A stretch of DNA of 64,000 bases from Dehalococcoidia bacterium (GCA_965197585.1 OZ240215.1:2176001-2240000); one strand, 5' to 3'. Counted from the stretch's first letter, positions 8,888 through 19,353 are shown. Notes: generated by a model not told the origin, from the sequence alone. Numbers and translations are program-made.

Positions 8888-9048
8888 CCGGGGAACCCTC
8901 ACCCCCTTGGTCCCCCTCTCCCTTAGGGCCTTCAAGGGAGAGGGGGAGATAAGAATAGAGGCCCATGTGCGTGCAGAGCACGCACATGGGCCTCTAATTC
9001 AGTACTGGGGAGAGGGGAGGGATGGATTCCGGCTCGGGGTGGGAATGA
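8888..9048 (-). repeat. Composite double-hairpin REP/MITE-like element, copy A
   Basis: Homologous to 51294-51493 and 63640-63802. Perfect 19-bp hairpin 8956-8996 plus a CCCCTCTCCCTT...AAGGGAGAGGGG hairpin. Confidence 0.85.
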
Positions 9049-9126
9049 GGGTAGGGTGAGGAGATCACCCAGCCGGTTGTCGGGGAATACCTAAACGCTG
9101 CCCTGGTTGCCGATGACCCGACCGGC

Positions 9127-10602
9127 ATGACGTGGCAGTGGGCCCGCTCCCAAGATGGAGAGAGCGGCTGGGAGGACATCGAGGCTGCAACCTCTACGAA
9201 GTACATCCCCACCAGTGATGACGCAGGACACTACCTCCGGGCAACCGTCTCCTATACCGATGGGGACGGCAACACCCAGAGTGCGGATGCAATCACCACC
9301 GATCAGGTGGCGCTAGTGAGGAGTGGTGTCCGCTGCCCACACTGCGAGCCTGAGCCGATATGGACGCCGACCCCGGACCCTGCTGTAACACCTACCGCTA
9401 CGACTATGCCAACCGCTACCTCTGAACCCTGCGACGGCCGGCGACATGCCCACGATTGTCACCCGGACTACGAGACTCCAACCCCCGTTCCCACCAACAC
9501 GCCCGTGCCTCCATCCCCGACGCCCGTGCCTCCATCCCCGACGCCCGTGACGCCATCCCCGACGCCCGTGACGCCATCGCCAACGCCCGTGCCTCCTACA
9601 CCCACGGCCACACCCCTACCGCATTCGGACTGCGACGCATTGTGTCGAGACCCATCGGCGTGTTGCCCCACCCCAGTTCCCATGCCAACATCCACCCCCA
9701 CCCCCACGCCAACTCCGACGCCTACCCCCACGCCAACTCCGACGCCCACCCCCACACCCGACCTGGGCGGGCCCACCCCCACCCCCACACCGACGCCCAC
9801 GGCGCACCCAAAACCTACTCCGTTAGCAGAGGGGGTGGAGAACATAGGCCGGCAACGAGACAGACTTGCGCAATTCGTCTTTGACATGGAAGGGTGCTTG
9901 GCAAGCTACACGAAGAGCGAGTGCGATACAGTCCGTCAGGGCATCATCAGTGGGGCTGCTGCACTAAACCTAGCGATGAAGCAGGAGTTTGATGAGCCGG
10001 GCAAGCTCGGCGCATTGGTGTGCGAAAAGACCACCGACCCGAATGTGGGACACGACCATGTGTGTCCAACGGGCAACGAGCATGACCCGAACCTGGATGA
10101 CGGCTATGTTGTCACCATCAAGGTAGCGGCCCCAAATGACGGGGAGTTTGTCGATAATTGTAAACCCAATTCCCTTGCTTGCGTATTCCCAACTAATGAG
10201 TATGAAGGAGAGCCGGGAGACGAATTCATAGGCGACCGCACAATACTCTTCACGATGGGACAAGGGTTTCAATTTGATGGAAAACCCGGACTATCGCCCG
10301 TCGAATGGACAAACGACCCTCACCTTCATGGCGAGCCAACGGAAGATGTAGAAGGTAATCCCCAAGGTTTATTTTACATTGACAAGACCGCAATGCACGA
10401 ATTCTTGCACGTGCTGGGGGGTCCTGACGGGGATGACACGAGCAACCCCGAGCAATTCGACGATACCCTGTTGGGATGGGATAAGGATGTATGGAACGAA
10501 AAACTCCAGCAGTGCAGAATCGAAGAGACCGTTGCGCTGGTGTATTGCCTACAAGAAGAGTTTAGGACGGGGGACTCCCAGACTTTCGGGGGCATATACT
10601 AG
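9127..10602 (+). CDS. Pro/Thr-rich surface protein with Ig-like fragment and C-terminal HEXXH zincin-like domain (probably 5'-truncated)
   Basis: TWQW..S...W..I......[17 protein letters not shown] Ig-like motif, PTP repeats, [10 protein letters not shown]. No signal peptide. The frame is open upstream only to TAG 9052-9054. Confidence 0.6.
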   Translation: MTWQWARSQDGESGWEDIEAATSTKYIPTSDDAGHYLRATVSYTDGDGNTQSADAITTDQVALVRSGVRCPHCEPEPIWTPTPDPAVTPTATTMPTATSEPCDGRRHAHDCHPDYETPTPVPTNTPVPPSPTPVPPSPTPVTPSPTPVTPSPTPVPPTPTATPLPHSDCDALCRDPSACCPTPVPMPTSTPTPTPTPTPTPTPTPTPTPTPDLGGPTPTPTPTPTAHPKPTPLAEGVENIGRQRDRLAQFVFDMEGCLASYTKSECDTVRQGIISGAAALNLAMKQEFDEPGKLGALVCEKTTDPNVGHDHVCPTGNEHDPNLDDGYVVTIKVAAPNDGEFVDNCKPNSLACVFPTNEYEGEPGDEFIGDRTILFTMGQGFQFDGKPGLSPVEWTNDPHLHGEPTEDVEGNPQGLFYIDKTAMHEFLHVLGGPDGDDTSNPEQFDDTLLGWDKDVWNEKLQQCRIEETVALVYCLQEEFRTGDSQTFGGIY

Positions 10603-10649
10603 AGAGAGGGTGTATCCAGCCGGGCGTGCAACTGGCAACAAGGTGAATC

Positions 10650-12641
10650 ATGCGAACGTTGTATAGAAGTCGATTGCGGGTGTTGCAGGTCATGGGTATG
10701 GCCCTACTGGTTCTTGTGCTCCTTGCGATGGGCTGTGGTGATGCCGACAACGGGGTGGAGACCACACAGGGCAATGGCAATAGTTCGGCATCGGGTGGGA
10801 TGTCCAGCGGCGTTGCCTACACAGGCGAGACCTCGATGGAGGAGGCGTTGGCATACGCAGATGCGGTGGCCCGAGTTAGGTACAGGTCCGCCAGGCAGAC
10901 CATCGAGGAAATCAGGCTGCAAATCCGCAATGCCGACTGGCATCACACTTTTTATGCCAACTCCATCGAGATTACCTTCGAGGTCCTCGAATATCTCAGG
11001 GGAAGCGGAGGCGATGAAATCAAAGCGGTGTTGTACGACCAGGACGGATGGCAGGAGACCCGTGCGGAGGTGGAAGCCCTCAATGAGAACCTGTTGCCCT
11101 TGCGCAACACCCAATGGGACGAGAGGGAAGCCATCGTGTTTCTACGTTCGAGTGACCATGTGGTCAGCACGTACAACGACCCCGACCGCTATTGGTTGAC
11201 CTCCTTCCGCAACAACGGAGAGGACGGCTACACGGTCGGCAGCAGATGGGTAAAGGCGTGGCTCCCCGATGCCGCCGCACCGGGGGCTAGGGGCAGGGCA
11301 TCGGGCGGAGATCAGCGGTTCTTGATAAATCTGCCGGGTGGATCCCAAGGCGCGAGCGGACAGAGGAGCACCCAAGGTGAGTCGATGACAATCAGTGATT
11401 TGAAGGCCCTGGTCACCAGGATAGGGGATGAGCTTGCCGCCGGCGGTACGGAAGCCTACGCAGAGTGTGTGAAAGACAAATACAGCTCGGCAGGATATGA
11501 CCAATATCTCAAGAACCATCGTGAGACCGTATGGGGCGTAGAGTACAACGAACAGCACGTGAAAGTAATAACATCGGGTGCACCAGCCGGAACCGAAGTG
11601 TACGTCGATAGAGCGTCTGCACATAAAAATGTGGACGAAATACCCGATTCGCTCGATATTGATGATGTGATATTGCACACCGGTCAGGATGCGGACTTGT
11701 TTGACAAGGCATGGCCAGGCAACGCCGTTACGGCCCGACCACTCCCTCAAGGCACGTACCGGTTCTATTGGGCCTCCCAGCCCAAAAATTTCGCCTTGTG
11801 TGATGCTATATCGGAACTCCGCAAGAACAGGCACGAGGTAATCGTTACGGTGACGCCTCCCGAGAACACCCTTCACGAAGCCTTCTTTGATCCTGTTACC
11901 ATCGGCACTGGGGTGGGAGCGGACTCTTCAAACGGTGTGCTCAAGCCGGCTGGGTTCACGGTGGATGGGACCTCAACCTCTATCACAAGTCTGAAGTATG
12001 ACAACAGCAAAGTCGTGTTGACCCTGTCTACCCATGTATCCCTCACAGGGCAAAAGGTGGAGTTTATAGAGCTGGACGGGTCGGTGGGGTTGGCGCTGGA
12101 GGTCTCATCTGCCACGGAGGACAGCACGGCGGGGACCCTTACGTGGTCGGTATCAGAGGAGCCGTGGGAGGACGGGGATGAGCTGATGGTGCAGATAGCC
12201 GCATCCACAGCCGGCCCTACCGCCACTGCCACCCCAGAACCTACGGCCACACCTGCTCCTACTCCTACCCCAGAACCTACGGCCACACCTGCTCTTACTC
12301 CTACCCCAGAACCCGCATCCGCTGTCACCGTCACCCTCAACCCTCGCGTAACCACCTACGTTACCCACACCGACATCACAGTCGACTGGACCGACTCCCT
12401 CTCCTGCCAGGGCAGCTACTTTGTAGCCGTGTTTGACAGCTCTGCCAGCGCAGTCAGAATTCTCGGCTTCCCCTCCGCCCCAGCCACCACCACCCTCACC
12501 GCCGACCTCGGCCTTCACTGGGATACCGTCCCCAACTTTGACTGGACCGTTGGCGTCAGGTGCGATCCTTCAGATTACTCTATCAATTCGTGGATGGTAG
12601 GTGAGGTGGCCCTTCAGTCGGGCTTGCCGACTACCCCGTAG
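10650..12641 (+). CDS. Lipoprotein of unknown function with PTPEP linker
   Basis: Hydrophobic signal with LAMGC lipobox, 663-aa ORF, PT repeats. Confidence 0.7.
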   Translation: MRTLYRSRLRVLQVMGMALLVLVLLAMGCGDADNGVETTQGNGNSSASGGMSSGVAYTGETSMEEALAYADAVARVRYRSARQTIEEIRLQIRNADWHHTFYANSIEITFEVLEYLRGSGGDEIKAVLYDQDGWQETRAEVEALNENLLPLRNTQWDEREAIVFLRSSDHVVSTYNDPDRYWLTSFRNNGEDGYTVGSRWVKAWLPDAAAPGARGRASGGDQRFLINLPGGSQGASGQRSTQGESMTISDLKALVTRIGDELAAGGTEAYAECVKDKYSSAGYDQYLKNHRETVWGVEYNEQHVKVITSGAPAGTEVYVDRASAHKNVDEIPDSLDIDDVILHTGQDADLFDKAWPGNAVTARPLPQGTYRFYWASQPKNFALCDAISELRKNRHEVIVTVTPPENTLHEAFFDPVTIGTGVGADSSNGVLKPAGFTVDGTSTSITSLKYDNSKVVLTLSTHVSLTGQKVEFIELDGSVGLALEVSSATEDSTAGTLTWSVSEEPWEDGDELMVQIAASTAGPTATATPEPTATPAPTPTPEPTATPALTPTPEPASAVTVTLNPRVTTYVTHTDITVDWTDSLSCQGSYFVAVFDSSASAVRILGFPSAPATTTLTADLGLHWDTVPNFDWTVGVRCDPSDYSINSWMVGEVALQSGLPTTP

Positions 12642-12816
12642 CCTACCCCTCACCTCCAACAACTCCGTATTTTCCATTCATCTTTCCCGTACTCCTACAC
12701 GGGTAACCCCGCCCCCCCACCTAACTTTCCACCCTCTCGTGCGTTTACTCACATGAACGCACCAATCTTGCTACCTCACCCTCTTATGGCTAACATAGCG
12801 CTCGAACGGAGACTCT

Positions 12817-14619
12817 ATGCCCATGCGCAATGCTATGAACAAAAAGACTGGCCGATTGACCCTTCTCACAGTCCTCGCACTTGCCCTCATCGCGCTCCTG
12901 GTCGCCGCCGCCTGCGGCTCGAGCAGCGAGGACGGCCCCACCCTCCAGCCCACCTCCACCCCCGTCCCCACCGCCCCGGCCACGCTTGCCACCGCCACCC
13001 CTGTCCCGGACTCGCCGGTAGGTACGGGTGGTGAGTTTACACGACTCTTCTCCGATCCCCCCACCCTGGACCCCGCCCTAACCTCTGACACCAGCTCTGC
13101 ATTTGTTGTCATTGAGGTCTTCAGCGGCCTCGTCACCATTGATGCCGACCTCAACATCGTCCCCGACATCGCCACCAGGTGGGACCTCAGCAACGACGAG
13201 CGGACCTTCACCTTCTACATCAGAAACGACGTCAAGTTCCACGACGGCAAGCCCGTAACCGCCCACGACTTCAAATTCTCGATGGAGCGGGCCCTGGACC
13301 CCCGTACCGAATCCACCGTCGCCGATTTATACCTGAACGACATCGTAGGCGCTTCCGCCAAGCTCAAAGGCACGGCCAACAGCGTCAGCGGAATACGCGT
13401 CCTTGACGACTATACCCTCGAAATAACCATCGACGCCCCGAAGCCCTATTTCCTCGCCAAGCTGACCTACTCCACAGCCTTCGTCGTAGACCAAGAGAAC
13501 GTCGAGTCGGGCCCCGACTGGACTTCCCGGCCCAACGGCACCGGCGCCTTCCGCCTCGCCGAGTGGGAAATCGGCGAGCGCATCCGGCTCGAAAGGAACG
13601 ACCTTTACTATAAAGAGCCCGCCCACCTGGACGCCGTAAACCTCCTCCTGAGCGGCGGCGTCGGCATGACCATGTACGAGAACAACGAGATCGACTTCAC
13701 GGGCGTCGGCCTCGCCGACATAGACCGGGTCCTCGACCCCACGGAGGAGATCAACCGGGACCTTCAAATCACTCCCCCCGACTACAGCGTCAGCTACTTC
13801 GGTCTCAATACCCAGATGGCCCCCTTCGACGACATCAAAGTACGTAAGGCCCTGGCCCTCGCCATTAACAAAGAGCTTATCGCCGAGGCCGTACTGTCGA
13901 ACCTGGTAGTACCCGCCTATGGCATCCTGCCCCCGGGCTTCCCGGGCCACAACCAGAACCTGCAGGGCATCCGCTTCGACATCGAAGAAGCCATGAGGTC
14001 CCTGGCCGAGTCTAGCTACGGCCGCGGAGACACCGCAATCGCCGAGCTCCTCATGCATGCCGACACCGCCCTCGACGACGAGTCCCGCATCACCGCCCTC
14101 AGCGAGGCTTCCAGGATGGCCGCCGCAAAGTTGCCGACCATAATCCTGTCCGTCCCCGGCGGCGGTGGGGCCGTGGGTCTCGATACCGAGGTTGTCCTGG
14201 CCATCTGGCAGGAGCTCCTCGGGGTCAACGTCGAGGTCCAGCAGTCCGAGTTCGCCACTTTCCTTAACGACGTGGACCGTCGCCGTTACCAGATGTTCAC
14301 CCTTGGCTGGGTCGCCGACTACCCCGACCCCCAGAACTTCCTGGACATCCTCTTCCACTCCGAAAGCGCCAACAACCACACCGGCTTCACAAACCCGGAG
14401 GTCGACAGGCTGCTGGAACAGGCCCGAACCGAGAAGGACGTCGAGACTCGCATCTCTCTCTACCAGCAGGCCGAGCAGCTCATAGTCAACGACGTGCCCT
14501 GGATCCCACGCTGGTACGAAGGCGACCGCTACATCCTCATCAAGCCCCACGTCAAGGGCTACGTCCTCTCCCCCCTCCCCATCCCCAAGCTCAGGTTCAT
14601 CTACATAGAGCCTGAATAG
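12817..14619 (+). CDS. oppA: Oligopeptide ABC transporter substrate-binding lipoprotein
   Basis: Lipobox AAAC, TLDP, FHDGKPVTAHDF, NGTGAF, GWVADYPDP (SBP family 5). Confidence 0.92.
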   Translation: MPMRNAMNKKTGRLTLLTVLALALIALLVAAACGSSSEDGPTLQPTSTPVPTAPATLATATPVPDSPVGTGGEFTRLFSDPPTLDPALTSDTSSAFVVIEVFSGLVTIDADLNIVPDIATRWDLSNDERTFTFYIRNDVKFHDGKPVTAHDFKFSMERALDPRTESTVADLYLNDIVGASAKLKGTANSVSGIRVLDDYTLEITIDAPKPYFLAKLTYSTAFVVDQENVESGPDWTSRPNGTGAFRLAEWEIGERIRLERNDLYYKEPAHLDAVNLLLSGGVGMTMYENNEIDFTGVGLADIDRVLDPTEEINRDLQITPPDYSVSYFGLNTQMAPFDDIKVRKALALAINKELIAEAVLSNLVVPAYGILPPGFPGHNQNLQGIRFDIEEAMRSLAESSYGRGDTAIAELLMHADTALDDESRITALSEASRMAAAKLPTIILSVPGGGGAVGLDTEVVLAIWQELLGVNVEVQQSEFATFLNDVDRRRYQMFTLGWVADYPDPQNFLDILFHSESANNHTGFTNPEVDRLLEQARTEKDVETRISLYQQAEQLIVNDVPWIPRWYEGDRYILIKPHVKGYVLSPLPIPKLRFIYIEPE

Positions 14620-14699
14620 GCAAGAGCAATTGGACCCCTACCGTGTGGTATCCTTTCCACACGGTAGGGTGTTGGTCGGGAGAGCCAAAGAGGACTGCT

Positions 14700-15107
14700 T
14701 TGCGTTCACGCACAGCTAAGAACTTGGATGAAGGGTCAGGGGAACTCCCGCGAGACCTCGCAGACGCCCTCGCTGACCTTGCAGACGCAAGCGAAGAGGC
14801 CCGGGAGGACGGACTCCCCATCCCAGACCAGCAATTACTTGATGCCTCTGAGCAAATCCTGAGAAAGCTCTACGATATATGGCCCCACCGCTTCGAAGTC
14901 TACCCCGACCAGGATGGAGCGATTGCTATCGATGCACGTAATGACCGTGGGTCTGCGGTCTTGGTCTTGTGCGAACCCGGAGGGGAGGTGCTTTGCTTGG
15001 TGCACACTCACGGCGAGCAGCAGAGCAACAGGTACCCCTCGACTGAAGACCTTCCGGATGATTTTCTGTCTGGAGCCTTTTCCTCTCTGGAGTTAGCGTC
15101 CGGCTAG
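14700..15107 (+). CDS. Hypothetical acidic protein, putative antitoxin of the downstream gene
   Basis: GAGG RBS followed by TTG at 14700. FEVYPDQDGAIAID motif. Ends 5 nt before the next ORF. Codon usage differs from the opp genes. Confidence 0.55.
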   Translation: MRSRTAKNLDEGSGELPRDLADALADLADASEEAREDGLPIPDQQLLDASEQILRKLYDIWPHRFEVYPDQDGAIAIDARNDRGSAVLVLCEPGGEVLCLVHTHGEQQSNRYPSTEDLPDDFLSGAFSSLELASG

Positions 15108-15112
15108 CTCCT

Positions 15113-15532
15113 ATGCCAGACCCCGAAACCATCGCCGAATGGGAAAATCTAGGTCGGGGAATCTATTCGAGAAGCACCGCCAAACGTGCCAGCAGAAACC
15201 GCACACCATACAACGTGTTTCTGCCCCCGTCAGGGGGAATGAGCATTTCGGTCGACAGATTAAGTGTTGCTCCGCTTGAAGAAGCTATTACGATAGCCAA
15301 GCAACGGGCTGCAAACCGAGAAGGCGAGTTTCGGGGATGGGCGACTGTTACGGCTGATGCGGCCTGTAAAGAGGGTCGCACGGTAATTGCCTCTCCTATA
15401 GAAGGCGAAAATCCCTATCACTCGGACATTGTTTTGCCTGCCGCTGTTGCCAATGACCGCAAAATGCAGAAGCACCACGCTCTAGCACTCGCAAGGCGCT
15501 CCAGTTGGCGCGAAGGCCCGAATCCCGTCTAA
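15113..15532 (+). CDS. Hypothetical protein, possible ADP-ribosyltransferase-fold toxin
   Basis: LGRGI...VFLP...SISVDRL...NPYHSDI pattern resembles small ART-like toxins (inference). Confidence 0.5.
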   Translation: MPDPETIAEWENLGRGIYSRSTAKRASRNRTPYNVFLPPSGGMSISVDRLSVAPLEEAITIAKQRAANREGEFRGWATVTADAACKEGRTVIASPIEGENPYHSDIVLPAAVANDRKMQKHHALALARRSSWREGPNPV

Positions 15533-15593
15533 GATAGATGCTAAGTTCTTCGCACTATGAAAAGACCACACTAGCCAACCCCCGGAGGCGTAG

Positions 15594-16523
15594 ATGAAGG
15601 CCTACATCCTTCGCAGGATGCTCTGGGTCCCAGTAGTCCTTCTCGTCGTGTCCTTCGTCACCTTTGCCCTCGGCAACTATGGCCCGGGCGACCCCGTTTC
15701 CGTTCTCGCCGGGCAGCACCGAGACCCCGATGTCATCGCCCGCATCAAGGAACAGCGCGGTCTGGATGACCCATTCTTCGTACAGTATGGCCGTTACGTA
15801 TGGAACGCCGTGCAGGGAGACCTCGGAGAGAGCTTCACATTCCGCGGCGAACCCGTCTCCAGTCTTATCACCGGCAAGATATGGGTGTCAGCCCAGCTGG
15901 GCATCGCAGCGACGATAATTTCTGTGTTTGGAGGTGTGCCCCTGGGCTTGACCGCCGCCCTGAACCAGGGCCGCTGGACGGACCCGGTCATCGTCGCCAC
16001 CACACTCCTCTTTATCTCGGTCCCCGTCCTGGTAACCGCGCCCCTGCTCGCCCTCATATTTGTCGTATGGCTGGACATATTGCCCAGCGGCGGATGGGGC
16101 GGCTTCTTCGACATACGCATACTCATGCCCGCCTTCGTCATGGGAGTACCGGGCATCGCCATAATGACCCGGCTGATGAGGGCCAGCACCCTGGATGTCC
16201 TGGGCCAGGACTACATACGCACCGCCCGAGCCAAGGGCCTGCGCGAATGGACCGTCCGCCGCCGACACATCGCCCGAAACTCCATCATCCCCATCGTCAC
16301 CGTCATTGGCCTCTCTCTGGGCGACCTTGTGACCGGCGCATTCATTACCGAGCAACTGTACGGCATCCCGGGTATCGGCAAGCTGGCCATCGACTCCATA
16401 TTCAACCGGGACTTTCCGGTCATCATGGCCCTCGTGCTGATCATTGCCGTGTCCTTTGTCCTTGCCAACCTGCTGGTCGACGTTCTCTATGCCTTCCTCG
16501 ACCCCCGGATCAAGTATGACTAA
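15594..16523 (+). CDS. oppB: Oligopeptide ABC permease
   Basis: PGDP, GLDDP..VQY, GDLGES, EAA-like DYIRTARAKGL, LDPRI. Confidence 0.93.
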   Translation: MKAYILRRMLWVPVVLLVVSFVTFALGNYGPGDPVSVLAGQHRDPDVIARIKEQRGLDDPFFVQYGRYVWNAVQGDLGESFTFRGEPVSSLITGKIWVSAQLGIAATIISVFGGVPLGLTAALNQGRWTDPVIVATTLLFISVPVLVTAPLLALIFVVWLDILPSGGWGGFFDIRILMPAFVMGVPGIAIMTRLMRASTLDVLGQDYIRTARAKGLREWTVRRRHIARNSIIPIVTVIGLSLGDLVTGAFITEQLYGIPGIGKLAIDSIFNRDFPVIMALVLIIAVSFVLANLLVDVLYAFLDPRIKYD

Positions 16524-18567
16524 CCCGCTGCAGCTCCTGAGCGGACTGGGTCGCCGACTCCTCAAAAGGGACTCCATCAACGCAAGGCCGGAAGCCCCTG
16601 CCTCCACCACCGAGGGGCGCGGCGGTCCCTGGGCACAGGCATGGACCCGGCTGCGCCACAAGAAGGTCGCACTGGGGGCGCTCATCATTGTCGTCATTCT
16701 CTATGGGGTGGGCGCCTTAGCCCCTCTAACCGCCCCCCGAGACTACCGGGAGACTCCGTCAACTAACCTGGAAGAACTGCCTGGCTTCCAGGGCCTCGTC
16801 ATGTCTCCTAACTGGTCAGATGACTCGACTTTGTACAACTACACCCCCGTGGGCGTTTTTCGCTCCGAAAACGCAGGAGGCAGCTGGACTCAGGTAGTTT
16901 CAGGACTGGGCGCCGTCAACGTGGACGTGCTGGTGCCGGTCCCGTCCGAAGGGCCTGAAGAGGTGGTCTACGCCGGTACGCCTCAGGGAGTTTTTGTCTC
17001 CCGGGACGGCGCCTCTTCCTGGGCCCCTGCGAACGTCGGCCTCCCGGACAATCTCGGCATCAATCACATCGCCGTCTCACCCGTCTTCCACGCGGACGGG
17101 ACCCTGATTGCCGCCTTGTCCGGCGGCCTGTTCAGGAGCGCAGACCGGGGCACGACCTGGACAAACGTCAGCAATGGCTTCCAAGGCGACTCCCCTGCCG
17201 CATCCCACGTCGTCTTCTCCCCCGCCTTCGCCATTGACGCCACGGTCTTCGCCACCGTTACCGAGCGCAAGACAGGCTCCTTCCGCTCCGTCGAGGAGAT
17301 CTACCGCTCGACAGACGGCGGGGTGACCTGGACCCAGGCCTACGAGGGCAGAGCGGGCACGTCCCGGGAAACCAGGATGGCCATATCGCCGGCCTTCGCC
17401 CGAGACGGCACCCTGTACGTGTCCACCTCCCAGGGTTTGCTCCGCTCTCGGGACAGGGGGCAAACATGGGATGTGATTGACGAAAGTTTGGGCAGCCACC
17501 AGGTAATCTCCCTCCTTATCTCCCCCGATTTCGGGTCCGACAACACCATATTTGCCAACACCAGCAGCCTCGGTATCTATCGCTCCGTCGATGGAGGTGA
17601 GTCCTGGGACATAGTAACCACAGGCCTGAGCATCACCAAGGCCGAAGGCCTCGCCGTCTCACCCGACTTCGGAAACGACGCCACACTCTTTGCCGGCACC
17701 GTGGACGGCGGCCTATTCATCTCCACAAACGGAGGCGACCTCTGGACCGAGCTCGCCTCCACGGACCTTATCGAGGGGCCGTCCATTTTTAATTGGCCCC
17801 CGAGCTTCGAGCATCCCCTTGGCACCGACAGGATTGGCCGCGACATGCTGAGCCGGGTAATCTACGGCATCCGCACCACGGTGATCATCACCTTGGCCTC
17901 GGTGCTTACGGGATCGCTGCTAATTGGTGTGTTCATGGGCGCCGCCGCGGGTTATTTCGGCCGCCGCGTCGATACCATAATCATGCGCACCGGCGATATA
18001 TTTCTCGCATTCCCCGGCATCCTGCTGATCATACTTATTGCGGCCACGGTCAAGCCGAGGGTCGTGGAATGGACGAGGGGATTTGAAGACTGGTCCGGCA
18101 TCGACGGGATAGTAAGGTCGGGGGCCGTGGACTACTTTGTAGTGTTCGCGTCGCTGACCCTGTTCAGCTGGGTCGGCATGGCCCGGCTGGTCAGAGGCCA
18201 GGTGCTGTCGCTGAAGGAGAGCCAGTACGTGGAGGCGGCTAGGGCCATGGGCGCCTCGAACCTGCGCATCGTCTTCCGGCACCTGCTCCCGAACGCTATC
18301 AGCCCGGTAATCGTATCGGTTTCGATGGGCATGGGCGCCGTGGCGGGATCGGAAGTGGTACTGAGTTGGCTCGGGATCGGTATCCAGCCCCCGAACCCTA
18401 GCCTCGGGCGCATGATCCTCGAAAACTTCGGAATATCCAACCTCTCCATCCTCCGCGACGACCCCCACCTCCTCCTCGTCCCTGCCGTCACCATCGCCAT
18501 CCTCATCTACGCCTGGAACCTCCTCGGAGATGGCCTCAACGACGTTCTGAACCCGAGGACACGGTAG
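16516..18567 (+). CDS. oppC: Oligopeptide ABC permease OppC with inserted BNR/Asp-box beta-propeller
   Basis: ATG overlaps the oppB end. TM1, then 7 Asp-box repeats, then HPLGTDRIGRD, YVEAARAMGA, NLLGDGL. Confidence 0.85.
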   Translation: MTNPLQLLSGLGRRLLKRDSINARPEAPASTTEGRGGPWAQAWTRLRHKKVALGALIIVVILYGVGALAPLTAPRDYRETPSTNLEELPGFQGLVMSPNWSDDSTLYNYTPVGVFRSENAGGSWTQVVSGLGAVNVDVLVPVPSEGPEEVVYAGTPQGVFVSRDGASSWAPANVGLPDNLGINHIAVSPVFHADGTLIAALSGGLFRSADRGTTWTNVSNGFQGDSPAASHVVFSPAFAIDATVFATVTERKTGSFRSVEEIYRSTDGGVTWTQAYEGRAGTSRETRMAISPAFARDGTLYVSTSQGLLRSRDRGQTWDVIDESLGSHQVISLLISPDFGSDNTIFANTSSLGIYRSVDGGESWDIVTTGLSITKAEGLAVSPDFGNDATLFAGTVDGGLFISTNGGDLWTELASTDLIEGPSIFNWPPSFEHPLGTDRIGRDMLSRVIYGIRTTVIITLASVLTGSLLIGVFMGAAAGYFGRRVDTIIMRTGDIFLAFPGILLIILIAATVKPRVVEWTRGFEDWSGIDGIVRSGAVDYFVVFASLTLFSWVGMARLVRGQVLSLKESQYVEAARAMGASNLRIVFRHLLPNAISPVIVSVSMGMGAVAGSEVVLSWLGIGIQPPNPSLGRMILENFGISNLSILRDDPHLLLVPAVTIAILIYAWNLLGDGLNDVLNPRTR

Positions 18568-18648
18568 TGGAAATTTGCAGGCCCACACGATTCTCAGTAT
18601 AATGTAGCCACTTCAGTAGATGTAATATGACTACGTTGGAGACATTTG

Positions 18649-18930
18649 GTGACCACTTATAGCGTACGCGAGTTCAAAGCCAAAGTAAGCGAGATACTTC
18701 GCGACCTGAAAGAAGGTGAGGAAGTAATAATCACACGGCGTGGTCAGCCATGCGGCAGACTAACACCCGTACCTCCCTCGGACAGCGAAAAGCCTTCACT
18801 GGCCACTCTTCGCGGCGCCTTTTCTTCAGCCCTCCCGGATGCAACCTATCAGGACTTCCTAGACATCAAGGCAATATGGAATCCCCGCAGCCAACTAGTA
18901 GACGAGGCCGAAGCCCGTCGTGCTCGATAG
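18649..18930 (+). CDS. Phd/YefM antitoxin
   Basis: YSVREFKAKVSEIL...EEVIITRRGQP. Overlaps the PIN gene. Confidence 0.88.
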   Translation: MTTYSVREFKAKVSEILRDLKEGEEVIITRRGQPCGRLTPVPPSDSEKPSLATLRGAFSSALPDATYQDFLDIKAIWNPRSQLVDEAEARRAR

Positions 18931-19324
18931 CAATACCCGGTTCTTGGTCGACACCCACGCTCTCTGGTGGTACCTCCACTCCCCTGACCACCTCTCCCCG
19001 GCGGCTTCCGCAATCTTCCGATTGGCTGAGACCGGCAATGCCGACATCGTAGTTCCAGCCATTGTAGTCGCCGAATTCCACTTTCTTTCTGTAAAGTTTG
19101 GCCGAGCCCTAGCTCCCACTGTCCTTCTTGATACTTTCGAAAGTGTGGCTGGCATTCGGATGTCGGAGCTGGGAAGAGCGCAAATTGAGCGGGTCGCTGA
19201 CTTTCCAGAGATTCCCGATATCCACGACCGCCTAATCGCCGCAGAATCAGCTGCGTTTGACATACCCCTCGTAACAAAGGACGTCATCTTATCGGGTACA
19301 GCTCAGATTGAGACCATCTGGTAG
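18920..19324 (+). CDS. vapC: VapC/PIN toxin
   Basis: LVDTHALWW, AEF, DIHDRLIAA, LVTKD. Confidence 0.88.
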   Translation: MLDSNTRFLVDTHALWWYLHSPDHLSPAASAIFRLAETGNADIVVPAIVVAEFHFLSVKFGRALAPTVLLDTFESVAGIRMSELGRAQIERVADFPEIPDIHDRLIAAESAAFDIPLVTKDVILSGTAQIETIW

Positions 19325-19353
19325 CCGAGACGCCCTGGCCGAGCAGGTTGCCC

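Noticed and set aside
9480-9820. Short tandem DNA repeats
   Set aside because: They encode Pro/Thr linkers within a CDS; the same applies at 12220-12315 and 63300-63420.
13327-14550. Long antisense ORFs (also 41933-43237, 49466-50515, 56780-58012, 30329-31447)
   Set aside because: Shadow frames of well-supported genes in GC-rich DNA.
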